In this document: positions 20,438 through 28,876 of the stretch, one piece after another
Numbering within the stretch: the first letter of the stretch is position 1
How the letters are laid out: each line of letters begins with the position of its first letter
Source of the DNA: an uncultured Gemmatimonadales bacterium
GTDB taxonomy: Bacteria; Gemmatimonadota; Gemmatimonadetes; Longimicrobiales; RSA9
Assembly: GCA_963816355.1 (NCBI GenBank)
Contig: CAWFKH010000003.1
Span: 1,376,001-1,440,000, forward strand
DNA: 64,000 nt
Direction of reading: 5' to 3'
Made by a program: the position numbers and the translations under genes
Notes under the pieces: model-generated
The model's input: only the letters and a program-made list of their open reading frames with translations
The model's database searches: none
Told to the model about the DNA's origin: nothing

Positions 20438-20464
20438 TACGGCCGCTGCGCGGCGCGGGTTTCA
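20438..20464 (-). promoter_or_regulatory. Candidate ECF (SigW-like) promoter
   Basis: TGAAAC-N17-CGTA, 50 nt upstream of the ATG at 20388. Confidence 0.5.
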
Positions 20465-21703
20465 CAGGGGACCGTGGCGTCGCACCTGGGGCCACACGCG
20501 GGCGACGATCGCGACGACGACGAGGCTTCCCACGCCCCCCAGCACGACCGAAGCGACGGGGCCGAAGAGCGCGGCCGTCGCTCCCGATTCGAAGCCACCC
20601 AGCTCGTTGGACGTCCCGATGAAGAGACTGTTGATCGCGCCCACGCGGCCGCGCAGGTCGTCGGGCGTGAGCACCTGCACGAGCGTGCTGCGAACCACCA
20701 CGCTCACCATGTCGAAAGCGCCCACGAGGGCGAGCATGAGGAGCGAGAGCGGGAAGGAGCGCGACACGCCGAAGACGACGGTCGCGACGCCGAAGCCGGC
20801 GACCGCGCGCAGCAGCGAACGCCCCGCGCGCGGCATCGGGCGGCGGTGCGCGATGAAGAGCGCGGTGAGCAGCGCGCCCACGGCGGGCGCCGCGAGCATC
20901 CAGCCGAGTCCCTGCGGGCCGACGCGAAGGATGTCCTTCGCGTACACGGGCAGCAGCATCGTCGCGCCTCCGAGCAGGACCGCGAACATGTCCAGGGTGA
21001 TGATCGCGAGCAGGATCGGGGTCCTCCACAGGAAGCGGATGCCGGCGATCAGCGATTCGAGGCCGACGACGTCGCGGCGGCGCTCGAACGGCCGCGGTCG
21101 GACGGGCCGCAGGAGGAGAGCGAAGCTCGCTGCGGTGAGCGCGGCGAGCAGGTAGACGGGGAAGGCACGATGGAAGGCCGCGATCATGGCGCCGCCGAGC
21201 GCGGGCCCCACGACTGCCGCGAGCTGAAACGCGCCGCTGCGCCACGTCGCACCGTTGCCGAGCAGGTCGAGCGGCAGCAGTTGCGGCTGCAGCGAATCCT
21301 TGGCCGGTCCGTTGAAGGAGCGGCCGATGCCGTTGAGCACGAGGAGCGCGTAGAAGATGGCGAGGTGGGCGTGTCGCAAAGTGACGAGGGCGAGCCCGAT
21401 GGAGCTGGCCATCATCAGCGCCTGCGCGACGGCAAGGACGCGCTTGCGGGCGAAACGATCGGCGATCTGGCCGGCGGGCAGGGTGAGGGCGAAGATCGGC
21501 ACGACCTGGGCGAGCCCCACGGCTCCGAGGGCGAGGGTGGAGCCGGTCCGCTCGTAGAGATCCCATCCCACGGCGACGGTCTGCATCTGGACGCCCATGC
21601 TGGCGAGGAAGCTGCCCAGCAGGAAGCGGCGGAATCCCGCGTGGCGCAGCGCCGCGTAGGGGTCCGCGCGCCCGTCGCCGGCGGGCGCCTCGGCGCCGCT
21701 CAC
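20462..21703 (-). CDS. MFS transporter (EntS/DHA3-like)
   Basis: About 12 TM; AGQIADRFARKR motif A; PDDLRGRV; start approximate. Confidence 0.88.
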   Translation of the reverse strand: MSGAEAPAGDGRADPYAALRHAGFRRFLLGSFLASMGVQMQTVAVGWDLYERTGSTLALGAVGLAQVVPIFALTLPAGQIADRFARKRVLAVAQALMMASSIGLALVTLRHAHLAIFYALLVLNGIGRSFNGPAKDSLQPQLLPLDLLGNGATWRSGAFQLAAVVGPALGGAMIAAFHRAFPVYLLAALTAASFALLLRPVRPRPFERRRDVVGLESLIAGIRFLWRTPILLAIITLDMFAVLLGGATMLLPVYAKDILRVGPQGLGWMLAAPAVGALLTALFIAHRRPMPRAGRSLLRAVAGFGVATVVFGVSRSFPLSLLMLALVGAFDMVSVVVRSTLVQVLTPDDLRGRVGAINSLFIGTSNELGGFESGATAALFGPVASVVLGGVGSLVVVAIVARVWPQVRRHGPL

Positions 21704-21710
21704 GTCGCGC

Positions 21711-21725
21711 CGGTATGCAGGTTGC
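21711..21725 (+). promoter_or_regulatory. Candidate sigma54 promoter
   Basis: CGGTATGCAGGTTGC with exact GG-N10-GC spacing, about 40 nt upstream of the ATG at 21767. Confidence 0.4.
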
Positions 21726-21766
21726 ACGCTCTGGCGCTCGAACGTGACTCGTACCGGAGGTGATTC

Positions 21767-22102
21767 ATGTTCAGTGCATGGATCGTAGGGCTCGCCGGGA
21801 TCTGGATGTTCATCACCCCGTTCATCGGCTTCACATCCCTCGGCTACGCCTGGATCGACTGGATCGTCGGCGTCGTCGTCGCCATCTTCGGCTTCAGCAT
21901 GGTGTCCCGGGCTCCGTGGCAGGGCTGGGTGGCCGGCGTGGCCGCGGTCTGGCTGTTCGTCTCGGGCTTCATCCCGGGTCTGCTGGTGACGCCCGGCGTA
22001 TGGTGGAACGACCTCGTCATCGGCGTCGTTTTCGCGATCTGCGGCTTCGCCGCTCTCGGCGTCCGCCGCCCGACGACGCACTCCACCACGACCGCGGCTT
22101 AG
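21767..22102 (+). CDS. Small 4-TM SPW-repeat-like membrane protein
   Basis: Two repeats G.WMFITPF / A.WLFVSGF..WNDLVIG; RBS GGAGGTG. Confidence 0.7.
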   Translation: MFSAWIVGLAGIWMFITPFIGFTSLGYAWIDWIVGVVVAIFGFSMVSRAPWQGWVAGVAAVWLFVSGFIPGLLVTPGVWWNDLVIGVVFAICGFAALGVRRPTTHSTTTAA

Positions 22103-22274
22103 CATCGACGGTCGCCCGTTCGTGACGCCTGCCCGGGCGTGACGCGCGCGCCTCGCGGTCGCGCGAGCGCGTAGCATATCGGGCCGGCGTCGGCGGCGAC
22201 AGGGAGGAATCGGGACGCGGGACGGCCGTGTCCCGGTCTTCCTGTCGCACGCGCCATTCTACGCAGCCGCGGAG

Positions 22275-23753
22275 GTGGTCCTGGCCCGTACGATCGAAGT
22301 CGTACCGCGCCCCACACTCGACGACTACATGGCGGTCGCGCACCTGGCTCCGCTCGTCCGCGAGCTGCAGGCCGAGGCACAGCCGATCGCGCGCGCCCTC
22401 GCCGGCCGCACGCTCTGGATGGTCAACTCGACCGAGCAGGGCGGCGGCGTCGCCGAGATGCTGCCCACGATGGTCGCCCTGCTGCGGGAGCTGGGAATCT
22501 CGACCGAGTGGGTGGTGATCGAGGCCGAGGAGCCCGCCTTCTTCCGCATCACGAAGCAGCTCCACAACCTGATCCACGGCAGCGGTGAGGCGGACCTGGG
22601 GGCGTCGGAGCGCGACGTCTACGAGGCGGTCAACCGGCGCAACGCGGCCGAGCTGCGCCCGCTGCTTCACGCCGGCGACATCCTCGCCGTGCACGACCCG
22701 CAGCCGATGCCGCTCGCCGGGATGCTGCGCGACGCCGACCTGACATGCATCTGGCGCTGCCACATCGGACTGGACGACGAGACGCCGGAGACGCGCACCG
22801 CGTGGGAGTTCCTCGCGCCGTACGCGGCCGCCTACGACCAGGCGATCTTCTCCGCGCCCGAATACATTCCGCGTTTCTTCCGACACCGCTCGCGTGTCCT
22901 CTATCCCGCCATCGACCCACTCACGGACAAGAACCGCGAGTTGCCGCTCCACAAGCTCGTCGGCGTGCTCGCGAACGCCGCCCTCGTCCGCGATACGGGT
23001 CCCGTCCTGACGCCGCCCTACGACCACCTGGCGCGCCGACTCGCGCCGTCCGGTGTCTTCGAGGCCGCGAACGGGCACGACGAGATCGGCGTCCTCAGCC
23101 GCCCGATCGTCACGCAGATCTCGCGCTGGGACCGGCTCAAGGGTTACCTGCCGCTGCTGCGCGCGTTCGCCCTGCTCAAGGAACGCGCCCGCGCCCGCGG
23201 CGGCGACGGCGTCCAGGCCCGGCGCCTCCACCTGACGCGGCTCGTCCTCGCCGGCCCCGACCCGGATGCCGTCGCCGACGACCCCGAGGGCGTCGTCGTG
23301 ATCGAGGAGCTGCGGCGCGCCTATCTCGATCTCCCAGCGGAGCTGCAGCGCGACGTCGCGATCCTCGCCCTCCCGATGGTGGATCGACGACAGAACGCGC
23401 TCATGGTCAACGCACTCCAGCGCGCGAGCTCGATCGTGGTGCAGAACTCGCTGCGCGAGGGGTTCGGACTGACGATCGCGGAAGCGATGTGGAAGCGCGT
23501 GCCGGTGCTGAGCAACACGCGCGCCTGCGGCCCGCGCCAGCAGGTCCGCGACCGGATCGACGGGCGCATGGTTCGCGACCCGACGGCGCCGGAAACGCTG
23601 GCGTCGGCGCTGAACGAGATGCTCGCCGCCTCCGGGCTGCGCGAGACGTGGGGCCGCAGCGGGCAGCGCAGGGTGCACGACCAGTTCCTCATCTTCACCC
23701 AGCTGCGGGGCTGGCTCCAGCTTCTCAACGAGTGCGCGATCGCGCGGTGCTGA
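22275..23753 (+). CDS. GT4 glycosyltransferase, trehalose synthase TreT-like
   Basis: VNSTEQGGGVAEML, HDPQP, WRCHI, QISRWDRLKG, NALQR, REGFGLTIAEAMWK. Confidence 0.85.
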   Translation: MVLARTIEVVPRPTLDDYMAVAHLAPLVRELQAEAQPIARALAGRTLWMVNSTEQGGGVAEMLPTMVALLRELGISTEWVVIEAEEPAFFRITKQLHNLIHGSGEADLGASERDVYEAVNRRNAAELRPLLHAGDILAVHDPQPMPLAGMLRDADLTCIWRCHIGLDDETPETRTAWEFLAPYAAAYDQAIFSAPEYIPRFFRHRSRVLYPAIDPLTDKNRELPLHKLVGVLANAALVRDTGPVLTPPYDHLARRLAPSGVFEAANGHDEIGVLSRPIVTQISRWDRLKGYLPLLRAFALLKERARARGGDGVQARRLHLTRLVLAGPDPDAVADDPEGVVVIEELRRAYLDLPAELQRDVAILALPMVDRRQNALMVNALQRASSIVVQNSLREGFGLTIAEAMWKRVPVLSNTRACGPRQQVRDRIDGRMVRDPTAPETLASALNEMLAASGLRETWGRSGQRRVHDQFLIFTQLRGWLQLLNECAIARC

Positions 23754-23769
23754 TTCGACGCCACGACGA

Positions 23770-23800
23770 CGACGGGCCGGGGGTGACCCCCGGCCCGTCG
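23770..23800. terminator. 14-bp hairpin between convergent genes (probable terminator)
   Basis: cgacgggccggggg-tga-cccccggcccgtcg; no strong U tract. Confidence 0.6.
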
Positions 23801-23845
23801 TTGTGAAAGCGGCGTCCTCGCGGGCGCCGGTCGTAACCGTTCGCG

Positions 23846-24511
23846 TCAGCGACGCTCCAGGCGCTGCGTCACCGTCGCGCTGGGCGCCGGCGTGCTGCCG
23901 CTGTAATCGATCACGAGCGCGACGCGGCGATTGACCATGCCCGCCTCACCGGGACCCTTGGCGCCCGGCTGGACGAGGCGGTCCTTCGACTCGCCGTAGC
24001 TCACGGTGCGGACGAGATCCCCGGTCAGGTTGCCCTGCGAGGTCAGATAATCCTTCACAGCGTCCGCCCGGGCGTTGCCGAGGCGCATGTTGTAGGCGCG
24101 GCTTCCGGCGGGATCGGTGAAGCCCTCCACCGTCACCAGAGCGTTCGGATAGTACTCACGAACGACCGCCGCGAACTTGTCCAGCACCGGGGTGTCCGTC
24201 GAGCGCAGGTCCGCCTTGTCGTAATCGAAATGGACCGGCACGTCGAAGGCGATCATGCCTTCCATCTTCTGGACCGTGACGTTGAACTTGTCCTGGAGGT
24301 CGTTCAGTTGCGTCTGCAGCTGGTCGACGCGGCCGGACACCTGGTCGATCCGGTTGCCCAACGCCTGATCCCCCGACTCCATCTGCTGCCGCACGCTGGC
24401 GATTTCAGCCTGCACGTCCTTCTTCTTCGCGTATCCGCACGCCGTGGCCAGACCTGTGAGCGCCACCACGCCGACTCCCACGATCCGCATCATCGCGTGT
24501 CGTTTCAACAT
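23846..24511 (-). CDS. OmpA-domain lipoprotein with coiled coil
   Basis: Lipobox LATAC; FDYDKA, VEGFTD..G...YN..LG..RA..V, SYGES, NRRV. Confidence 0.9.
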   Translation of the reverse strand: MLKRHAMMRIVGVGVVALTGLATACGYAKKKDVQAEIASVRQQMESGDQALGNRIDQVSGRVDQLQTQLNDLQDKFNVTVQKMEGMIAFDVPVHFDYDKADLRSTDTPVLDKFAAVVREYYPNALVTVEGFTDPAGSRAYNMRLGNARADAVKDYLTSQGNLTGDLVRTVSYGESKDRLVQPGAKGPGEAGMVNRRVALVIDYSGSTPAPSATVTQRLERR

Positions 24512-24754
24512 CGGTTGATCCTCCTGTAGGTGTCGTCTGGAGCGCATCACGTCCCGCCAAGGGTCGGATGCGCCGCGTCTGCCGTTGTGTGGGGCGGATG
24601 CAAGAGCCGTGCTCCGCTGGCCGGGACCCAACTTCGATCGGCTCGCCTCGCGCCGCAACCCCTCGCACCGGGATCGCCTCGCCCCCCCGCCGCGATTGCG
24701 GCCCACGGTTTGCGCTGAAGGGCATCTCGCACGAGTGAGAGCCAGAGGAGCGAG

Positions 24755-25156
24755 ATGGACGGACGGCAGAGCGAGAAGTGGGGAGCAGCGACGACGCAGT
24801 TGCTGAACGCGATCGACCGGCAGATCTCGGCGCTCCGGGAGCACGAGAATCCGCCCTTCAACCAGGCGGTGCTGCTCCACCGCGCACGGATCGAGATCGA
24901 GCGGCTTTGGGCCGCCGAGCCGGACACACCGCGCGACGTCCCGCCGCGGAAGGATGAATCTCGCCGCGCGGTGCTGATCCTTCCGGGTGAGCGGCCGCGT
25001 CGACGGCGCAGGCGATCCCCGTGGCGCAGGCTGTTCGCGGAAGACGGCCCTGGAAGCGCACGCGCGTGGCTCGCAAGGCTCTCGGATGCGATCGCGCCGG
25101 CGGCCTTCGCCACCCCCTCCGGCGGCGAGCCGGCCGAGGCGTCGCGCGGCCGCTGA
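24755..25156 (+). CDS. Hypothetical protein
   Basis: RBS AGGAG; protein-like N-terminal half; fills the gap between genes. Confidence 0.5.
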   Translation: MDGRQSEKWGAATTQLLNAIDRQISALREHENPPFNQAVLLHRARIEIERLWAAEPDTPRDVPPRKDESRRAVLILPGERPRRRRRRSPWRRLFAEDGPGSARAWLARLSDAIAPAAFATPSGGEPAEASRGR

Positions 25157-25196
25157 TCCGGCCCTCGGCGCGGCGGCGTCCGCCGCACTCCAGCCG

Positions 25197-25313
25197 CCGC
25201 ACGCCTCGGGCCATGGACACCGCACGCCTCGGGCCATGGACACCGCCCGCCTCGCCATGCGCGCCGCCCGCGTCGCTATGCACGCCGCACGTCTCGGGCA
25301 TGGACGCCGCCCG
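25197..25313. repeat. 21-23-bp degenerate tandem repeat, about 5 copies
   Basis: ccgcacgcctcgggccatggaca x2, then 3 diverged units. Confidence 0.85.
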
Positions 25314-25331
25314 ACCGCCGCCCGGATCCAC

Positions 25332-25360
25332 TTGCCCGCGGCCGCGGCCGCGGTCATGAT
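25332..25360 (+). promoter_or_regulatory. Candidate sigma70 promoter of tRNA-Val
   Basis: TTGCCC-N17-CATGAT ending 9 nt before the tRNA. Confidence 0.55.
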
Positions 25361-25369
25361 TCGAGGCGC

Positions 25370-25444
25370 GCGGGGTTAGCTCAGCCGGTTCAGAGCGCTG
25401 CCCTTACAAGGCAGAGGTCGCAGGTTCGAATCCTGCACCCCGCA
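25370..25444 (+). tRNA. tRNA-Val(TAC), CCA not encoded
   Basis: Acceptor GCGGGGT/ACCCCGC; D arm GCTC..GAGC; anticodon arm CTGCC-CTTACAA-GGCAG; T arm GCAGG-TTCGAAT-CCTGC. Confidence 0.97.
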
Positions 25445-25554
25445 CTCCCTCCTTCCCGACCCGCCGTCCCTCCTTCCCGACCCCGAAAACGCGACACGCG
25501 GCCGCCGGCCCCCGAACGGATACGGCGCGGAGGCAGCGTCGGACCCGGCGTGCG

Positions 25555-25752
25555 TCAGAGGATGATGGCGAGCGGGATGAGAACGACGTAGCCGAGGACG
25601 AGCAGCAGGGGCGCGAGCACGGTGGACGCGTTGGCGACGAGGATGTAGCCGAGCGTGATCGAGGCGAGCCCCGTGACGAGGAGGATCCAGTTGATGCGGG
25701 AGAACCGGAGCGAGGGCTGCCTCGCTCCGCGGCGTTTGAGGTCGCGTGCCAT
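25555..25752 (-). CDS. Small 2-TM membrane protein (DUF3098-like)
   Basis: FSRINWILL...GY...LAPLLLVLGYVVLIP. Confidence 0.6.
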   Translation of the reverse strand: MARDLKRRGARQPSLRFSRINWILLVTGLASITLGYILVANASTVLAPLLLVLGYVVLIPLAIIL

Positions 25753-25784
25753 GTCGCGGAAGGTGACAGGATCGAGGACGATGG

Positions 25785-26849
25785 TCAAGCCGTGGGCGCG
25801 GGCGGCTCCTCGTCCTGCTCTTCCATCCAGAACGCCGGTTCATCGGGCGGTTCCGACTCACCGAGACGCCGCATTCGCAGGCGGTCGGTACGGCGGCGCC
25901 GCAGCCAGAGGACGAGCAGCAGGAGCGAGGCGAAGAACCAGAACACGGCCGCCTGCGAGAAGAAGAACGCCCAGCCGTAGCGTCGTCGAACGAAGCGGCG
26001 CCAATCCTCCTCGAACTGGCCGACGGTGACGCCGTAAGTGGCGCGCAGCGCGCCCTCCATGTCACCCCGCGCGCGCCAGCGCGCCAGGAAGTCCCGCATG
26101 CCGGGCGTGCCGCTCGCCTCGAGCAGATATTCGACGGCCGTCGCGGAGAGGAGATATGCGAGGCGGGCCCGCGCCTCCCCGCCGGGCCACGAGAGGTCCA
26201 GAGAGTCGAGCGGCGGCGCGCGGTGGAGCGCGAACGCCAGGCGGATCTGCCAGGCGGAGGCGGCGTCGAACTCGCCCGCCGCGACCTGGGCGTAACCCTC
26301 GTCGAACCAACGTGGCGGCGACGCAGGGGCGAGGAAGCGGTGCAGCGCGATGTGGGCGAGTTCGTGGCGCAGCGTCGAGCCGAGCGCGCCGATGTCGCCC
26401 CGACGGGATGCGTAAGCGGGAAGCACGATCCACTGCGACGCGGGGATCGCGACGCCCCCGGCCCACTCCGGCGCGCGTCCGCCGGTGAGCGCGTCGAAGG
26501 CGGCCGCGTCCGGGGCGAGCCAGACGACAACGCGCGTCGTATCGGTGAGCGGCCCGATCCCCGGCGGAGGGGGCGACGCCGCGGCCGCGTCCGCGAGGCG
26601 ACGCGCCAGGACCGACTGCCGGGCCGTGAAGCGAAGTACGGCGGGCGGGGTCGTGGCGACCGGCATCGTCTGCGTGAGGGAGCCGAACGGCGGCGAATGT
26701 GGTCCCGTCGGTCGCGGCACCGGGGCGGCGGCCTGCCGGACCCCGAGCGCGGAGAGTGTACCGCGCGCGCCGGGCACGATCGCGACGGCGGCCACGGTGA
26801 CGGCCGCGGCCAGGAGCCGGCGGCAGAGCCGGCGCTGCTCGCCTGCCAT
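25785..26849 (-). CDS. Peptidase MA-like zinc metallohydrolase, membrane anchored
   Basis: HELAH plus PRWFDEGYA (gluzincin third ligand); N-terminal signal and C-terminal TM. Confidence 0.8.
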   Translation of the reverse strand: MAGEQRRLCRRLLAAAVTVAAVAIVPGARGTLSALGVRQAAAPVPRPTGPHSPPFGSLTQTMPVATTPPAVLRFTARQSVLARRLADAAAASPPPPGIGPLTDTTRVVVWLAPDAAAFDALTGGRAPEWAGGVAIPASQWIVLPAYASRRGDIGALGSTLRHELAHIALHRFLAPASPPRWFDEGYAQVAAGEFDAASAWQIRLAFALHRAPPLDSLDLSWPGGEARARLAYLLSATAVEYLLEASGTPGMRDFLARWRARGDMEGALRATYGVTVGQFEEDWRRFVRRRYGWAFFFSQAAVFWFFASLLLLVLWLRRRRTDRLRMRRLGESEPPDEPAFWMEEQDEEPPAPTA

Positions 26850-26855
26850 GCGGGC

Positions 26856-27947
26856 TCAGGGACGGCCGTGGGGGAAGCGCGCCGCCCGCGCAGCGCGCGC
26901 GGCAAGGGCGGCGGCGATCGTCTCGAGCCGCAGCACGGCACGGGCCGCGGCGCGCGCCGCCTTCGGCATGCCAAAGACGACGGCGGTCGACTCGTCCTCC
27001 GCGATCGTCCAGCCGCCGGCCCGCCGCACGGCCTCGAGCCCGATCGCGCCATCTCGGCCCATGCCGGTGAGCACGACGCCGACGGCGCGAGGACCGTAGC
27101 ACGCGGCCAGGGTGCGCAGCAGGGGATCGGCGGCCGGTCGCACGCCGCCGCGCGGGGGGCCGTCCTCGAGCCGGAATCGTGCCTCGCCGTCGTCGCGCCG
27201 CAGCACGAGGTGCCGTCCGCCGGGGGCGACGTGGATGTGGCCCGCGCGAGGCGGCTCGCCGTCCTCGGCCTCCGCCGCGGTGAGCGGCCCGACTTCGGCG
27301 AGGCGCGCCGCGAAGGAGCGCGTGAACGACGCCGGCATGTGCTGCACCACCACGACCGAGCCCGCGAAGTCGGCGGGGAGCCGGGCCGCGAGCCGGAGCA
27401 GGGCGCGCGGCCCGCCCGTGGAGGCCGCGACGCCCACCACGATCGCCGGCGGCCTGTCCAGCGCGCGGCGCGGCGGACGCCCCGTCGCCGGCGGCTCCTC
27501 CGCTGCCGGCGCGGCCAGCGAAGTGACGCGGGCGAGCGAGGCGGCGCGGAGCGCGGCGAGAAGGCGCACCTGCAGCGCCGCCGCGTCGCCGCCATCCTTC
27601 AGGACGTAGTCGACGGCGCCGAGCTCGAGCGCGCGCAGCGTCGGCGTGGCGCCGTCGTGCGCGTGGGCCGAGAGCACGACGACCGGGCGGGGCGCCTCGC
27701 TCATGATGTAGGCGAGCGCATCGAGGCCGCCCAGCTCGGGCATCTCGAGGTCGAGGGTGATCAGGTCCGGCGCGGCGTCGTGGACGCGGCGAATCGCCTC
27801 GTAGCCGTTGGCCGCGGTGGCGACGACGCGGAACTCGGCGCTGGCGTCGATGGCGCCACGCACCATCGCTCGCACGAGTGGGCTGTCGTCCACGACGAGG
27901 ACCGACGCGGGGCCCTCACGCTCGCCTCGGGCGTCGTTCGCGCTCAT
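26856..27947 (-). CDS. cheB: Chemotaxis methylesterase CheB (REC plus CheB)
   Basis: VVDD, LDLEMP; triad ASTGGP, QHMP, GMGRDG. Confidence 0.95.
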   Translation of the reverse strand: MSANDARGEREGPASVLVVDDSPLVRAMVRGAIDASAEFRVVATAANGYEAIRRVHDAAPDLITLDLEMPELGGLDALAYIMSEAPRPVVVLSAHAHDGATPTLRALELGAVDYVLKDGGDAAALQVRLLAALRAASLARVTSLAAPAAEEPPATGRPPRRALDRPPAIVVGVAASTGGPRALLRLAARLPADFAGSVVVVQHMPASFTRSFAARLAEVGPLTAAEAEDGEPPRAGHIHVAPGGRHLVLRRDDGEARFRLEDGPPRGGVRPAADPLLRTLAACYGPRAVGVVLTGMGRDGAIGLEAVRRAGGWTIAEDESTAVVFGMPKAARAAARAVLRLETIAAALAARAARAARFPHGRP

Positions 27948-28876
27948 CGCTTCCTGTAGATCCGCTCCCGCGGATGGGCCGCGAGAAACTGCCGCAGGGC
28001 GCCGTCGAAGAGCGTCTCGGCCTTGCCCAGGACGAGGAAGCCGCCGGGCGCTAGCGCGGCGTGGAAGCGCTCGAAGAGTCGCCGCTGGACCGGCCGCTCG
28101 AGATAGATGAGGAGGTTGCGGCAGAGAATGAGGTGGACGTCGCGCGGAAAAGGCATCGTGAGCAGGTCCTCCGCGCGGAATTCGACCGATTCGCGCGCCG
28201 CCGGATCCAGACGGAACGGTGGACCTCCCGAGAACCACCGCGCTCGTCGCTCCGCATCGGTGTCGGCAAACGCCGGGTCGCCGTACTCGGCGGTGCGGGC
28301 GCGCTGAAGCGCGTCCTCCGCGATGTCGGTCGCCATGATGCGGAGCCGGCCGGCGAGCCCTGGATCGCCATACGTGTCGGCGACCTCGCGCGCGACGATC
28401 GCCAGCGAATACGGTTCCTCGCCCGCCGCCGAACCGGCGCTCCACGCGAGCACTTCACCGCTCACCGTCTCGAACAGCTCCGGAACGACGCTGGAGGCGA
28501 TCACGTCCCACACCTCCGGATTCCGGAAGAACTTGCTCACGTTGATCATCATGGCGCGAACGAGGCGTTCGCGCTCCTCGGGCTCGCGCTCGACGAGGCG
28601 CGTGTACTCTGCGTAGGTGCTGGCGCGGCGCGCGCGCATGCGTACGCCAATGCGGCGGCGGAGGCACCGTTCCTTGTAGTCGCCGCAGCGGACCCCGGTG
28701 GTGCGCTCGACGGCCTGACGCAGGCCTTCGAGCTCCGCGAGCTCCGCGGCGTCGATGTCGCCGTAGGCCAGGCGCAGCACGCCCTCCAGCGCTACCGCGC
28801 CCGGTGCCGCAGTGGCGTCGTGGCCGCGCGCGTCGCCCCGCGCGTCGCCCCGCGGGCCGCCGTCCTCACCGGGCAT
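27944..28876 (-). CDS. cheR: Chemotaxis methyltransferase CheR
   Basis: INVSKFFRN, WSAGSAAGEEPYSLA, ATDI, CRNLLIY, GKAETL. Confidence 0.93.
   Translation of the reverse strand: MPGEDGGPRGDARGDARGHDATAAPGAVALEGVLRLAYGDIDAAELAELEGLRQAVERTTGVRCGDYKERCLRRRIGVRMRARRASTYAEYTRLVEREPEERERLVRAMMINVSKFFRNPEVWDVIASSVVPELFETVSGEVLAWSAGSAAGEEPYSLAIVAREVADTYGDPGLAGRLRIMATDIAEDALQRARTAEYGDPAFADTDAERRARWFSGGPPFRLDPAARESVEFRAEDLLTMPFPRDVHLILCRNLLIYLERPVQRRLFERFHAALAPGGFLVLGKAETLFDGALRQFLAAHPRERIYRKR

Noticed and set aside
24600..24614. Sigma54-like element upstream of the OmpA lipoprotein (GAGCACG-N4-TTGC)
   Set aside because: The invariant -24 GG is AG
25197..25313. Repeat arrays (also 7741, 13385, 58241) as CRISPR
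   Set aside because: Units are directly tandem with no unique spacers, and no cas genes are present
25370..25483. tRNA-Val as the integration site of an island containing the che operon
   Set aside because: No integrase, no duplicated tRNA 3' end seen, and the operon has host-like composition and joins housekeeping genes
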